DNA of 64,000 nt from NCBI GenBank assembly GCA_965203275.1, contig OZ241865.1:1792001-1856000 (forward strand). The letters are read 5' to 3'. This DNA comes from Bdellovibrionales bacterium (GTDB lineage: Bacteria; Bdellovibrionota; Bdellovibrionia; Bdellovibrionales; JAUICD01). The notes below the pieces were generated by a model that saw only the letters and a list, made by a program, of their open reading frames with translations, searched no databases and was not told where the DNA came from. The first letter of the stretch is position 1, and every line of letters starts with the position of its first letter. Of the stretch, positions 1-10,100 are shown one piece after another. Both the position numbers and the translations under genes were made by a program.

Positions 1-896
1 TTTGTATGATTGACACAAACACCTCTTGTAGATATAGAAGCAGTTAGAACTCTAGATGTTTCTGACCAATTACTAATATTTTGAGTACGCCATGCACCTC
101 CGTTGATAAAAACCACATTATTCCAAGAAAAACTACTGGGATTAAAATGGCTGTTGGGTTGAAAATGACTATTGGGCTGAAAATGGCTACTACAAGTAGG
201 ATCACGGGTGATAGGCCCTCCGCCTGAGCCACCGCCTCCTGAACCACTGCTTCCTGAGCTACCACCTCCTGAGCTACTTCCACCAGAACCGCCCCCTGTT
301 TTTGTCGTATCATCATTTTTAGTAGAAGGAGGAGGTGGTAGAGGGGGAGGAGATGATCCATATCTATTATAAATCCAAGCCCCTTGAATATTAGATTGTA
401 GATTCCAAGTGAATTGAGGATTGCTGTCACAATTGTTAAGAATTTCATAAACATTTATGTCACTGCTTCTTTGACGTCCTACACCATTCGTCCCTTTATA
501 CCAAGCAATATGAACTGTTGAGATTTGATCTGGTTCATTAATGCAATCCTCACCTATTGGGCAGTAATATCCCCAACGCCAAGACTCATTAGGATCACCA
601 TTCTCTCTTAATCTATTTATTTTATCATCTACAAAATTATAATTATCACAAGCATTCTCACCAGGTGGTGGTGGGGGATCGTTAGGATTTTCTTCAGGAT
701 CAGGGTCAATTTCACGTGGAGTGTGATTGGGTTCTGGTGGTGTTGGATAGTAGGTATCTCCATTATTTGGAGTAGTCTTAGGTGGGGTGGTAGAAGTAAT
801 GTGAATAGGACTATCTACTGATTTACAATTGTTAAATTGTAAGCTCAATAGGGCTAAAAATGCAATAGTAGCAATAAAAGAAATTTTCTTATTCAT
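1..896 (-). CDS. Pro/Gly-Ser-rich lipoprotein, partial (runs off window start); not in the supplied ORF track
   Basis: Manual translation from ATG 896 (alt 905; AAGGA upstream) gives MNKKISFIATIAFLALLSLQFNNCKS..., a signal peptide with FNNC lipobox, then PPPP tracts, a GGGSGGSSSGG linker and SHFQPN repeats. The frame stays open to position 1. Confidence 0.8.
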   Translation of the reverse strand, partial: MNKKISFIATIAFLALLSLQFNNCKSVDSPIHITSTTPPKTTPNNGDTYYPTPPEPNHTPREIDPDPEENPNDPPPPPGENACDNYNFVDDKINRLRENGDPNESWRWGYYCPIGEDCINEPDQISTVHIAWYKGTNGVGRQRSSDINVYEILNNCDSNPQFTWNLQSNIQGAWIYNRYGSSPPPLPPPPSTKNDDTTKTGGGSGGSSSGGGSSGSSGSGGGGSGGGPITRDPTCSSHFQPNSHFQPNSHFNPSSFSWNNVVFINGGAWRTQNISNWSETSRVLTASISTRGVCVNHT

Positions 897-990
897 TATC
901 TTCATCCTTATTCGTATCTTTATTATTAATTTCTCAAATTCTCTCTAAGTGATTCATCAGTACCTTTAGAGAGTACGAAAAAATGAACCT

Positions 991-1402
991 AGTGATTTCA
1001 GCTACTTAATACTGTAACTTTTGTATAAAAGTTACAGTATTAAGTGTTTGTAATTGTTAGACTTTTTTAGGTCGACTTTAAAATTTTCTAACTTTTCGTT
1101 TCACATAATTTTTATCGGTTATTATGACATAAAACTATATATTTTTTTTAAAAAAAATCAAAAAAGTGACATTTTGTATTAAAAATAATCACTTTTTTGG
1201 ATTTTTGTATCATCTTGAAAGACTTTACTAATCTTAAAAACATAAGATCAGCAAAACAAAAAATAATTTTTAATTTGCGTTTTATAACTTTTGATTTGTT
1301 TTATTTTTCAAAACAATTTTCTCTCAAAAATTTGTCTGTTTTTTACACTTTCAAATTGTAACTTTTATACAAAAGTCACAGTACTAAATAGCTGAAATCA
1401 CT
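991..1402. repeat. 48-bp inverted repeats (991-1038 and 1355-1402), each containing an 11-6-11 palindrome
   Basis: 44/48 identity by eye in inverted orientation; cores ACTGTAACTTT-TGTATA-AAAGTTACAGT and ATTGTAACTTT-TATACA-AAAGTCACAGT. Confidence 0.85.
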
Positions 1403-1468
1403 TGATTTCTAATTTCCAAATACCTCTTTTCCATCTTTTAGAAAAAATACAGAGAAACGAACGTCTTG

Positions 1469-2267
1469 TTTCTTTAACATTTCACTCAAAATGAGCCACA
1501 CCGCTGGTGTGTTTTTGGGCATTGCTCTGACAGCTATCGCTGTCCAAAAAGAGCAATGCCTCAAAAATCCGCTCATTTTGAGTAGAGAAGGATCTTTTTA
1601 TTCCTTTACACCATGTTAAGGAAAAATTTCTTTTATTACCTCAAAAGCAAGCAGGTTGCGATAAAGGAACTTTTTCCTTAACATCGTGTTTTTCCGGGAT
1701 CTGGGATCCGGGATCAGGCAACCCGGCATCAGGTCCTAAAACTGAACTTTTTCCTTAACATGTAGTCAAAAAACGAAGAGATCCTCCTCTACTAAAAGTA
1801 AACGGACTTTTGAGGTTGCCAGCATTTAAGAAGGCGAATAGCCTTCGGCTGGCAACCCAAAAGTGACCAGAGGTCAGTTTACTTTTAGTGAAACAGTTCA
1901 GGCAATATTAGATTTGGAATTTGTTGGTTGTATGGAATTAGCAAAACAAGCTGATAAATTAGGAGCTTATTTATACAAGTTGTGTAAAAACACTTAAAGT
2001 CAAAATTGATTTTTTCCGGGATCCGGCATCCGGGATCCCGGCAGACAGGCAAGAATGAAGCGAATATCTTGTTTCCTTAACATGGTGTTAAGAAACGAAG
2101 AGATCCTCCTTACTAAAAGTGGTCAGGCTTTCTAGGTTGCCAGCATTTAAGAAGGCGAATAGCCTTCGGCTGGCAACCAGAAAGTGACCAGAGGTCAGAC
2201 CACTTTTAGTGAAACAGAGATGTGGCTCATTTTGAGTGAAACAGAGGTCAGACCACTTTTAGTGAAA
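1469..2267. repeat. Composite modular repeat locus: 3 H units, J palindromes, GGGATCC arrays, four-helix-bundle gene fragment, terminal stubs
   Basis: H ~1480-1585(+), ~1789-1893(-), ~2110-2214(-); TTTCCTTAACAT motifs at ~1673, 1750, 2072; stubs 2215-2267. Confidence 0.9.
1896..1997 (+). pseudogene. 3' fragment of four-helix-bundle protein gene
   Basis: Encodes ...QAILDLEFVGCMELAKQADKLGAYLYKLCKNT*, near-identical to the C-terminus of 46840-47145, and is followed by the same downstream sequence. Confidence 0.9.
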
Positions 2268-2283
2268 AAATTCATTTTGCCTA

Positions 2284-2313
2284 TTGACTTTTATATTTTC
2301 CTTATGTTAAAGT
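2284..2313 (+). promoter_or_regulatory. Putative sigma70 promoter
   Basis: TTGACT ... TG-T-TAAAGT upstream of a small ORF and the symporter gene. Confidence 0.4.
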
Positions 2314-2375
2314 AATTATCTTTTTAAGAAGTTCACCATTTTAGTATTTACAAATTTAGGATTAGGAGGCTAATT

Positions 2376-2492
2376 ATGAAAATTATGAAAGTATTATTTC
2401 TTAACCACTTTCTGATTTTTTCTGCAAACAGCAATCTTACGATAAAGAGGAACCTGGTGAAACTTCGTCGTCGCTCTTTATCTTGTCAATGA
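2376..2492 (+). CDS. Putative 38-aa small ORF or leader peptide
   Basis: AGGAGG RBS; MKIMKVLFLNHFLIFSANSNLTIKRNLVKLRRRSLSCQ*; GATAAAGAG/CTCTTTATC stem inside. Confidence 0.3.
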   Translation: MKIMKVLFLNHFLIFSANSNLTIKRNLVKLRRRSLSCQ

Positions 2493-2701
2493 GATATTAC
2501 CTCTCACTAAAAATTCTTATCAATACGTATTAATTTATTCTCTTAGCAAGCTAAGGGTATGTCTGTGGATTCTTGCAACCTTTGCCTTATTTTTAATGCT
2601 AAAGCACTTGTCTGTAAATGGTTTGAAGCATTCAAAGCATTTTATGTATCAATGAATAAAAAGGACAAGAATAAAAGCTTAAAAAACAAGGGAGGTATAA
2701 A

Positions 2702-4108
2702 ATGGAACAGATCATAGCAACAATAAACGAATTTTTAGGAGTAACAGTAGGTTATGTTTGGGGTTTGCCTTTAGTGATCCTTTTAGCAGGTTCAGGATTT
2801 TTATTTTCTGTTTTACTTAAGGGCATTCAGTTTAAAGGATTTTTTCATGCTATAAGAGTTGTATTTGGTCATTATGATCATAAGGAAGATCCTGGGGAGG
2901 TCATACATTTTCAAGCACTTTCAGCAGCGTTATCTGGAACAGTAGGACTTGGCAATATTGTAGGTGTAGCTATTGCTATTAAGGCAGGAGGGCCAGGGAC
3001 TGTGTTTTGGATGATGATGATTGGCTTTTTAGGAATGGCCACAAAGTATGCTGAGTGTACCTTGGGTGTTATGTATAGAAAGATTGACAAGAATGAAAAA
3101 GTTTTAGGTGGCCCTATGTACTATATTACCAGTGGTTTAGGACCATCATGGAAGTTCATGTCTATCTTTTTTGCTATAGCTTATGTGATCACTGTCTTTG
3201 GAACTGGTAATTTATTTCAAGTCCATTATATGGCCCAGTCTTTAAATGATTCTTTTTCGATACCACAAATATTAACAGGAATAGCACTATCTATAACAGT
3301 TGGAGCTATTATTCTAGGTGGTATTAAAAGAATTGCCTTGATTGCTAGCTATCTAGTCCCTTTTATGGGGATTGTTTATGTAAGTGCTTGTTTAGTGGTT
3401 ATTTTTATAAATATCTTTGAACTTCCTCAGATATTTTCACAGATTATATCAGGTGCCTTTACAGGGACAGCAGCTACAGGAGGGTTTGCAGGAGTATCGG
3501 TTGCTAAAGTGATAGAATTGGGAGCAAGACGAGCTTGTTTTTCTAACGAAGCTGGACTTGGAACAGCAGCTATAGCCCATGCAACAGCTTCCACAAAGGA
3601 GCCAGTGAGAGAAGGGTTAGTGGCTCTCTTAGAACCTTTTATCGACACGATTGTGATTTGTACAATGACAGCACTTGTGATTTTAATTTCTGGATCCTGG
3701 ACTTTGGAATCAAATGTTGGAGAAGCAGAGCTGATCTCTATTGCTTTTAACTCTAGTCTTCCTGGTTTTGGAACTTTTGCTATACCTATTATTATTACTT
3801 TGTTTGCTTACTCTACCACTTTGACTTTTGCCTATTATGGTGAGATAGCTATCAAATTTTTATTTGACAGCAAAAAGTACAAAGCACTTTATGTCACTGG
3901 TTACAAAATATTATTTTGCTTGATCATTATTTTAGGTTCTGTTTGGTCTTCAAATGCAGTTATTGACTTTTCTGATACCATGATGGGCTTAACAGTGTTT
4001 CCTAACTTAATTACTGTTTGGTTCTTGTTTCCTAAACTAAAAAAAGCTACAGATAATTATTTTAAAAAATTAAACAATAATGAATTTGATGCATATCCAA
4101 AGATATAA
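2702..4108 (+). CDS. Alanine/glycine:cation symporter (AGCS family)
   Basis: GTVGLGNI, AGGPG, GGPMYYI and FSNEAGLG motifs; multiple TM helices. Confidence 0.93.
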   Translation: MEQIIATINEFLGVTVGYVWGLPLVILLAGSGFLFSVLLKGIQFKGFFHAIRVVFGHYDHKEDPGEVIHFQALSAALSGTVGLGNIVGVAIAIKAGGPGTVFWMMMIGFLGMATKYAECTLGVMYRKIDKNEKVLGGPMYYITSGLGPSWKFMSIFFAIAYVITVFGTGNLFQVHYMAQSLNDSFSIPQILTGIALSITVGAIILGGIKRIALIASYLVPFMGIVYVSACLVVIFINIFELPQIFSQIISGAFTGTAATGGFAGVSVAKVIELGARRACFSNEAGLGTAAIAHATASTKEPVREGLVALLEPFIDTIVICTMTALVILISGSWTLESNVGEAELISIAFNSSLPGFGTFAIPIIITLFAYSTTLTFAYYGEIAIKFLFDSKKYKALYVTGYKILFCLIIILGSVWSSNAVIDFSDTMMGLTVFPNLITVWFLFPKLKKATDNYFKKLNNNEFDAYPKI

Positions 4109-4181
4109 GTAATACTTTTATGCAAGAATGATCTTTATGTTTGTTATTAAGGATTAGTTATTTGTTCTAAACACGCTAAAT

Positions 4182-4290
4182 CCTAAGTTTGATAGCCTGC
4201 AACAATAAAGTTGAGCAGTTAGTTATAAGTCGAAAGAGATTTTGTGCCACTAGGTTTTTGTCTTTGTGGCAGAATTTTAGAAAATCTATG
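4182..4290. mobile_element. Solo IS1634-like terminal remnant
   Basis: CCTAAGTTTGATAG...GTGCCACTAGGTTTTTG..TGTGGCAGAATTTT matches the IS end at 63617-63730. Confidence 0.8.
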
Positions 4291-4308
4291 TTGTTCCAAT
4301 AAAAGTAA

Positions 4309-4390
4309 AGTAGCCAGAGGCCCCTGGTTTATTTTTAGGGAAACAGAGGTGTGGCTCATTTTAAGGGAAATAGACCACCTTTATGAAACA
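4309..4390 (-). repeat. Tandem degenerate H-unit terminal stubs
   Basis: CCAGAGG...TTTTAGGGAAA-CAGAGGTGTGGCTCATTTT... Confidence 0.7.
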
Positions 4391-4490
4391 AACCGAAAAA
4401 ACTTGACCATTATTAAAACTTGTGTTATCATTCGATGAATCTAAAGTATTGTAAGGTATTTAAACAGAATAATAACATGATGGAGTAAAA

Positions 4491-5531
4491 ATGAGCCTTA
4501 GATTATATCAAACTATGATTTTATGTATGTTTTTAAGTCCTATCACATTGCAGGCTTATTGTAATTTTGAAAGATGTAAAGGATATATTCTAAGTAATTT
4601 AGATCATGTACCTATTACCATGCAAGAAGTCAGTGAACTTCATAATTTCTATACATCTGTTGAGCGTGATTTATTAGAAAACCTTGAAATTTTACCAGAT
4701 GGCACATATAAAGTCACTTTTTCAGAAAATGTAAATGTTTTATTGGGAATGGGCGTAGCTACACGAATGGCATATAATTATAGGCGTTTTACACCTCAGC
4801 CGTTAAAAAGAGAAATAATACCATCGGAATATTATAGAATGAGACAAGGAAGCAATAACTTTTTATGGGATTTTTTTCACGATAAACCTCGTACATATAT
4901 GGAAATACAGGGTTGGAGAAATTATGAAAGTCTAGACTCAACTATTTCTTGGCATAAATCTGATACATTGGGTATGAGGATTTATATGCAGAATCCAAGT
5001 GGAAAATATCAAATTCTAGTTAATCGTGTAGGTCTTTGGAATAACCTTATCCACTCTAATACTCGCCCTGATACTACTAGAGTGTATTTTGATCATAAAA
5101 TTGATGGACAGTGGATTCGATCCAATAGACATTTGTTTTTGAATTTTGATACATTTTACGATAGGAATAGAAAACAAGAAATCATAAGAACCTTGACTAC
5201 ATTGACAGACGCCTTACAGTCAGATGATCCACAAATTTTTGAAAACTACCTAAAAGCCAGAAAAATTAGCTGGACTAGTGCAATAGTCAGGAACAGATTA
5301 ATAAGAGCTGGTAAACTCTTAGGTCGTCACATAAGTCGAAGGACATTCGGGGCGATTTTAGCTGGAGCAGGGATTATTGTAGGAAGTCAAATGCTCTCTG
5401 AGGAGCGTCTACAAGAAACAAAGTTAGTTATATCTATCACAAAAAATCAATGGGAAAATTTAATTGATGATGTAAGAGGAATGACTACAGAACTTTCTGA
5501 GCATGCTACTCTTGATGAGTTGGCTCACTAA
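4491..5531 (+). CDS. Hypothetical exported protein
   Basis: 346-aa ORF, GGAG RBS, N-terminal signal-like segment; no recognised domain. Confidence 0.75.
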   Translation: MSLRLYQTMILCMFLSPITLQAYCNFERCKGYILSNLDHVPITMQEVSELHNFYTSVERDLLENLEILPDGTYKVTFSENVNVLLGMGVATRMAYNYRRFTPQPLKREIIPSEYYRMRQGSNNFLWDFFHDKPRTYMEIQGWRNYESLDSTISWHKSDTLGMRIYMQNPSGKYQILVNRVGLWNNLIHSNTRPDTTRVYFDHKIDGQWIRSNRHLFLNFDTFYDRNRKQEIIRTLTTLTDALQSDDPQIFENYLKARKISWTSAIVRNRLIRAGKLLGRHISRRTFGAILAGAGIIVGSQMLSEERLQETKLVISITKNQWENLIDDVRGMTTELSEHATLDELAH

Positions 5532-5908
5532 AATTGAACTAGTTCACTCAAAATGAGCGGATTTTTTAGATGTTGCCTATTTTGTCAAAGGCGAAAGCCA
5601 TTGCAGGCAACACTCAAGGTGTAAGAAGGAACTTTTTCCTTAACATCATGTCAATCCGGGATCTGGGATCCGGGATCTGGCAACCCGGCATCAGAAAGGA
5701 CTTTTTCCTTAACATGTAGTTAAGAGATGAGGAGATCCTTCTTACTAAAAGTAAACGGACTTTTGAGGTTGCCAGCATTTAAGAAGGCGAATAGCCTTCG
5801 GCTGGCAACCCAAAAGTGACCAGAGGTCAGTTTACTTTTAGTGCAAAAGACGGCTAGTTCAATTTTAGGGAAACAGGAAACAGAGGTCAGACCACTTTTA
5901 GTGAAACA
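5525..5908. repeat. Composite modular repeat locus (partial H, J, G array, J, full H, stubs)
   Basis: Same modules as 1469-2267; full H ~5742-5843(-). Confidence 0.9.
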
Positions 5909-6003
5909 AAGGAAACAATACTTTTTAAAATAGGTGGCTGTCTTAAAAAAGCGAAGTCTAGAAAATCTGCTCATTGTGAATTAAAAGTGAAAAAGGTTTA
6001 ATA

Positions 6004-7116
6004 ATGATAAATCCAATAAAGGAAATTCTAGAAATTAGCCCTTACAAGCCTGGCAAGCCAATTGAGGAGACTCAAAGAGAATATGGCTTACAAAAGGTTT
6101 ATAAATTAGCCAGTAATGAAAATTTACTAGGCACAAGCCAACGTGTTAAAGAAGCTATCTTAAAAGCCGTTGATCAAATACATCGCTACCCTGACGGAAG
6201 TTGTTATCTTTTAAAAAAAGCTCTCAGCAAATATTATTCTGTTGCAGAGGATAAAATAGCTTTAGGCAATGGGTCTGATGAACTCATTGTGCTTTTAATG
6301 CGTTCTTTTTGTCGACCTGGTGATAAAGTCCTTTTATCAAAAGGGTCTTTTTTACTCTATAGTATTTTTGCCCAAGGCTGTCTGTTGAAAAAGACAGAAG
6401 TTCCTTTGAAAAAAGATTATTCTATTGACTTAAAAGGCTTAATGACGGCTTGGAGGCCAGAGCATAAAATAGTTTTTTTACCTAATCCAAACAATCCTAC
6501 AGGAAGCTGTGTTTCAGATCAAGACCTGAGAGAGTTTGTTCATTTTTTTCATCAAAAACAAGATGTGTTGATTGTGGTAGATGAAGCTTATAGTGTTTTT
6601 GTCACAAGGAGTGATTATCCTCAATCAATAAAAATGCTTAAGGAGTTTCCTAGATTAGTTGTTTTAAGGACACTTTCAAAAGATCATGGACTAGCAGGCC
6701 TACGTTTAGGCTTTTTATTAGCTGATCCATGCATTGTAGATGTGATCAATAGAATACGTACGCCTTTCAATGTCAATTATTTGGCACAAGTAGCAGCTGT
6801 TGCAGCTTTAGAAGATCAGGAATATCTTGATAGGTCACGCACACTCAATGCAGAAGGATTGCAATATTTTGAAAAGTGTTTATCAAAAATGAAATTACCT
6901 TTTTGCCAAAGCCAAGGTAATTTTATTTTTTTTGATTCATTAAGAGATTCCACTGTACTCTTTCAAGAGCTTTTAAAAAAAGGCCTTATTTTAAGACCCC
7001 TAAAGCCTTATGGATTTGAAACACAGTTGAGAATGACTGTGGGATTGATGGAAGATAACAAAGTAGCTATGCATATTCTTGAGTCTGTTATTAAAGATGT
7101 TTCTTTATTGAGATAA
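6004..7116 (+). CDS. hisC: Histidinol-phosphate aminotransferase
   Basis: KLASNEN, GNGSDE, NPNNPTG, DEAY and RTLSK..GLAGLRLG motifs. Confidence 0.93.
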   Translation: MINPIKEILEISPYKPGKPIEETQREYGLQKVYKLASNENLLGTSQRVKEAILKAVDQIHRYPDGSCYLLKKALSKYYSVAEDKIALGNGSDELIVLLMRSFCRPGDKVLLSKGSFLLYSIFAQGCLLKKTEVPLKKDYSIDLKGLMTAWRPEHKIVFLPNPNNPTGSCVSDQDLREFVHFFHQKQDVLIVVDEAYSVFVTRSDYPQSIKMLKEFPRLVVLRTLSKDHGLAGLRLGFLLADPCIVDVINRIRTPFNVNYLAQVAAVAALEDQEYLDRSRTLNAEGLQYFEKCLSKMKLPFCQSQGNFIFFDSLRDSTVLFQELLKKGLILRPLKPYGFETQLRMTVGLMEDNKVAMHILESVIKDVSLLR

Positions 7117-7171
7117 AAATCCTCAAAAGCTATTTATTTTTTAAAAGTATCAATAATCCTTTTATCATACC

Positions 7172-10100
7172 TTATTTATTACCAGGAATCCATGGCTTGA
7201 TATGATCTGGAGGTTGTCCATCAACTCGAGGATCCCATCCATCATAGCCATTGGTTAAAGCTGTTTCACAGGCATCTATTACAGAATTTGTGATAGCCCC
7301 TACAAGGGGTAACCCGCCTAAACTTTCTCTCACCATATCAAAAGCTCTGACAGCCCAAACAGTTGGAGGATGCCCTCCAAATAACATCCTTGAAAATTGA
7401 CGTGAAGTATTGACCCCCATCATTTGAAAGTTTTCTATTGTAGCGTACAATATATTGCCATAAAGAAAAGTAAAGAAAAATTGAAAGACAGCTCTATATT
7501 GGCCCTTCTTTTTAAGAGCATAATCTTGAGCAAGGTAATGACCTCTTAAATGGTTTGGAAAATACTTCATCCAATAGCCTGACATGGCTGCTTCCATAGC
7601 ATGGTCTACTTTTGAATCGAATCCCTTAACAGGGAAAAGATAATACAATAAATATCCTGTAAGATAAACATCCAATGGAAATCGTCCTAATGTAAGTCCA
7701 TAAATCAAAGTAAATTTTACAAAATATGAAGGAGTATTAAACCATGCCATACGAAATATAGTTTTTGTATTTGCAAGAAATGTGTTTTTTTTATCTCTCA
7801 TTTGCCTTAAAAACCACCTTATAAAACCTAAATGAACATTTGCTCCTTCTGGAATATAATTAAAAATACCTTCTTTTTTTAATTTGTACTCTCTTTCAAG
7901 ATAAGCTCCAAAATTTCTCATCAAATCAAGAACAACTATAATAAAAAAGCCTGCTCCAAAAAGATATTGAGAATAATAAGGATATTGATCAGTTAAAGGA
8001 ACCATAATATCTGTAGAGGCAATATCTCCATGAATAGCTTGAAGCATGATACCTGATACAGCTGCCCACATAATATAAAGCTGAGGAATTTTAGCAATAA
8101 AATCATAAAAGCTTTTTCTGGTAGCTCTTGCCTTAGCCCCTGCATCTTGCATTTGTGCTTCTATCACAAGCCACCTTTTTACAAGGTTATTGCGGTGATC
8201 TAAAACTTTATAAAGAGTTTTATAGATAAGATTTTGGATGGGATTTGTGGTTCGCTGTCGATTGAGGTTGACTTCTATAGCCTGATAAAAGCCATCTGCT
8301 TCGACTTCGTTCATAGCATTTTCAATATCTGCATTAGATAAGCTTAAATTTTTAACATCCTCAAGAGTTTCTTGCTTATATTGATCAATATATTCTAAAC
8401 AATCACCAACATAACATCCTTTTTTTTCAAAAGTAGGTGAAATAAGCTTTGCAAAAACTCTTTCAAAAAGTTGCCCTTTGACAGCTTCGTAAAATTGGGT
8501 TTGCTCTTTATCAAATGCTGCAACACCCTCATGTAAGTTTGAAGATCTAAATACTCTATGGTGTAAATGTTTATCTCTAATTCTCAATAAAGTAACTCGG
8601 AAAGCTCTTTCTTGAACCTGTCTCATAATTTGCACTTCAATAGGTATAATAAGAGATTCCCATTCTTTATAAGCTTGATGAGCAGTACTTTTTGTAAAGA
8701 ATTTTGTAAGGAAAAGAGGATATTGTCTCCAAAAAGGACGAGTTCCTCCATTAGCTGTGGTCAAAGGATGTACATTATTTTTGGCATTCAGCCCACCTTG
8801 TGTGATAGTTTTAAAAGCATTGGGATAATAAGCTAACCCTATTAAAAACAATGGTTTGTCTATTCTGATTAAATAACTTGTTGTGAAGAAAACATGCTTC
8901 CACCAAACATGAGTCAATGCAATAAAAGTATTTTCTAAGGACTTCCAACTGAAAATAAAATTCATAATGGAAGCCCTTAAAGTGTTGATTTTAATGTCTG
9001 TTATTTCTTTATTTTGAAAGAATTTTAAGTGCCTTAATGGTGTTTGGACTTTTTCTAAAAATACACTAATCAAACTTTTTTCGGCCTGTTTTCTCTCTTT
9101 CAAAATATTTAAAACTGTATTGGTTTCTTCTTGAGTAAAGTCCCTTTTTTCAGAATCTAAAAGACTTTGCGTTTGATCTATAAGATAAGTGTGTCGACTA
9201 CTATCCTGTCGGTGAATGAAGTCTCCTTTTACTGCACCAGCAGTAGCAGAGATGTTGTTCTTGTTAAGACCTGTTAGAGATCTGAAGGCTGCTACAGGTG
9301 GAGCATGTTGCTGTCTCAAAGAGACATATCTATTATAAAGTGAAGTATTTTTTAAGTTTTGGCCTTTCCCTAAATCACTTAAAAGATGAAAAGCGTTGAC
9401 AGTCAAATGGCTGATGGCAAAAAAGCTGAGTATTTTAAGTATTAAAACAGTATTGGCTACGACAAAAGCATAAGTATTGCCCTCTCCAATATAAGCCTTC
9501 CAAACTTGTTTAGGATTAAAAAAGTCATTGACTTGTATAGCCGATTGAGCAAGACTGTAAAAGTTCATAAACTTTTCAAAAATAGTATCTACAACAATGC
9601 CACCAAAACTTACTACCTGATCAACAAATTGATAAGCTTCTTTGGGGTACACAGCTCCTAGTAAAAGAGCTGTGCTAGCTGTTGCTCCTAATTGTATTCG
9701 AGGATTATGGATAAGTTTTACAATACCTTCTTGGATATACCATGCCTTTTGTCCTTCAGGCCCTTTTAAAGAGCCTAAAGTAAAAGCTAAGGCTTGACGG
9801 ATTATACTTCCTCCAGTAGGCTGAGGTAGCTTTAACCTTTCAAACATTAAGGTCACTCTGCCTAGTAGCTTTCTGGCTTCTACTTGTAATTTAAGTGTGC
9901 TATTGATTCGCAATTGAGCATTGGCATTTTCAATAAAGTACTGTGTGCTGATATCTTTTGTTAATTTCCAAGTAATATCTTCTTTTTTCTTTTCACTTTT
10001 TGTTTTTTGAATAGCATTTTTAGCAGCTCCTATACTTTCAATAAGTTGTCGCTGAAAGCTACGAACTTGACCTTCTGTAGTGAATGCATGAGATAACATA

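Noticed and set aside
44..454. 136-aa ORF from the supplied track
   Set aside because: It is an alternate frame of the longer lipoprotein ORF starting at 896.
1789..1895. Hammerhead ribozyme or tRNA identity for the H unit (GAAAC end, multi-stem junction)
   Set aside because: No CUGANGA core and no tRNA T- or D-loop consensus.
2440..2700. Glycine riboswitch upstream of the AGCS symporter
   Set aside because: The conserved aptamer motifs could not be found by eye.
5720..5974. Short ORFs inside repeat loci (also 19807, 21759, 21937, 46454, 60803, 61196)
   Set aside because: They are translations of palindromic repeats with no RBS or protein-like features.
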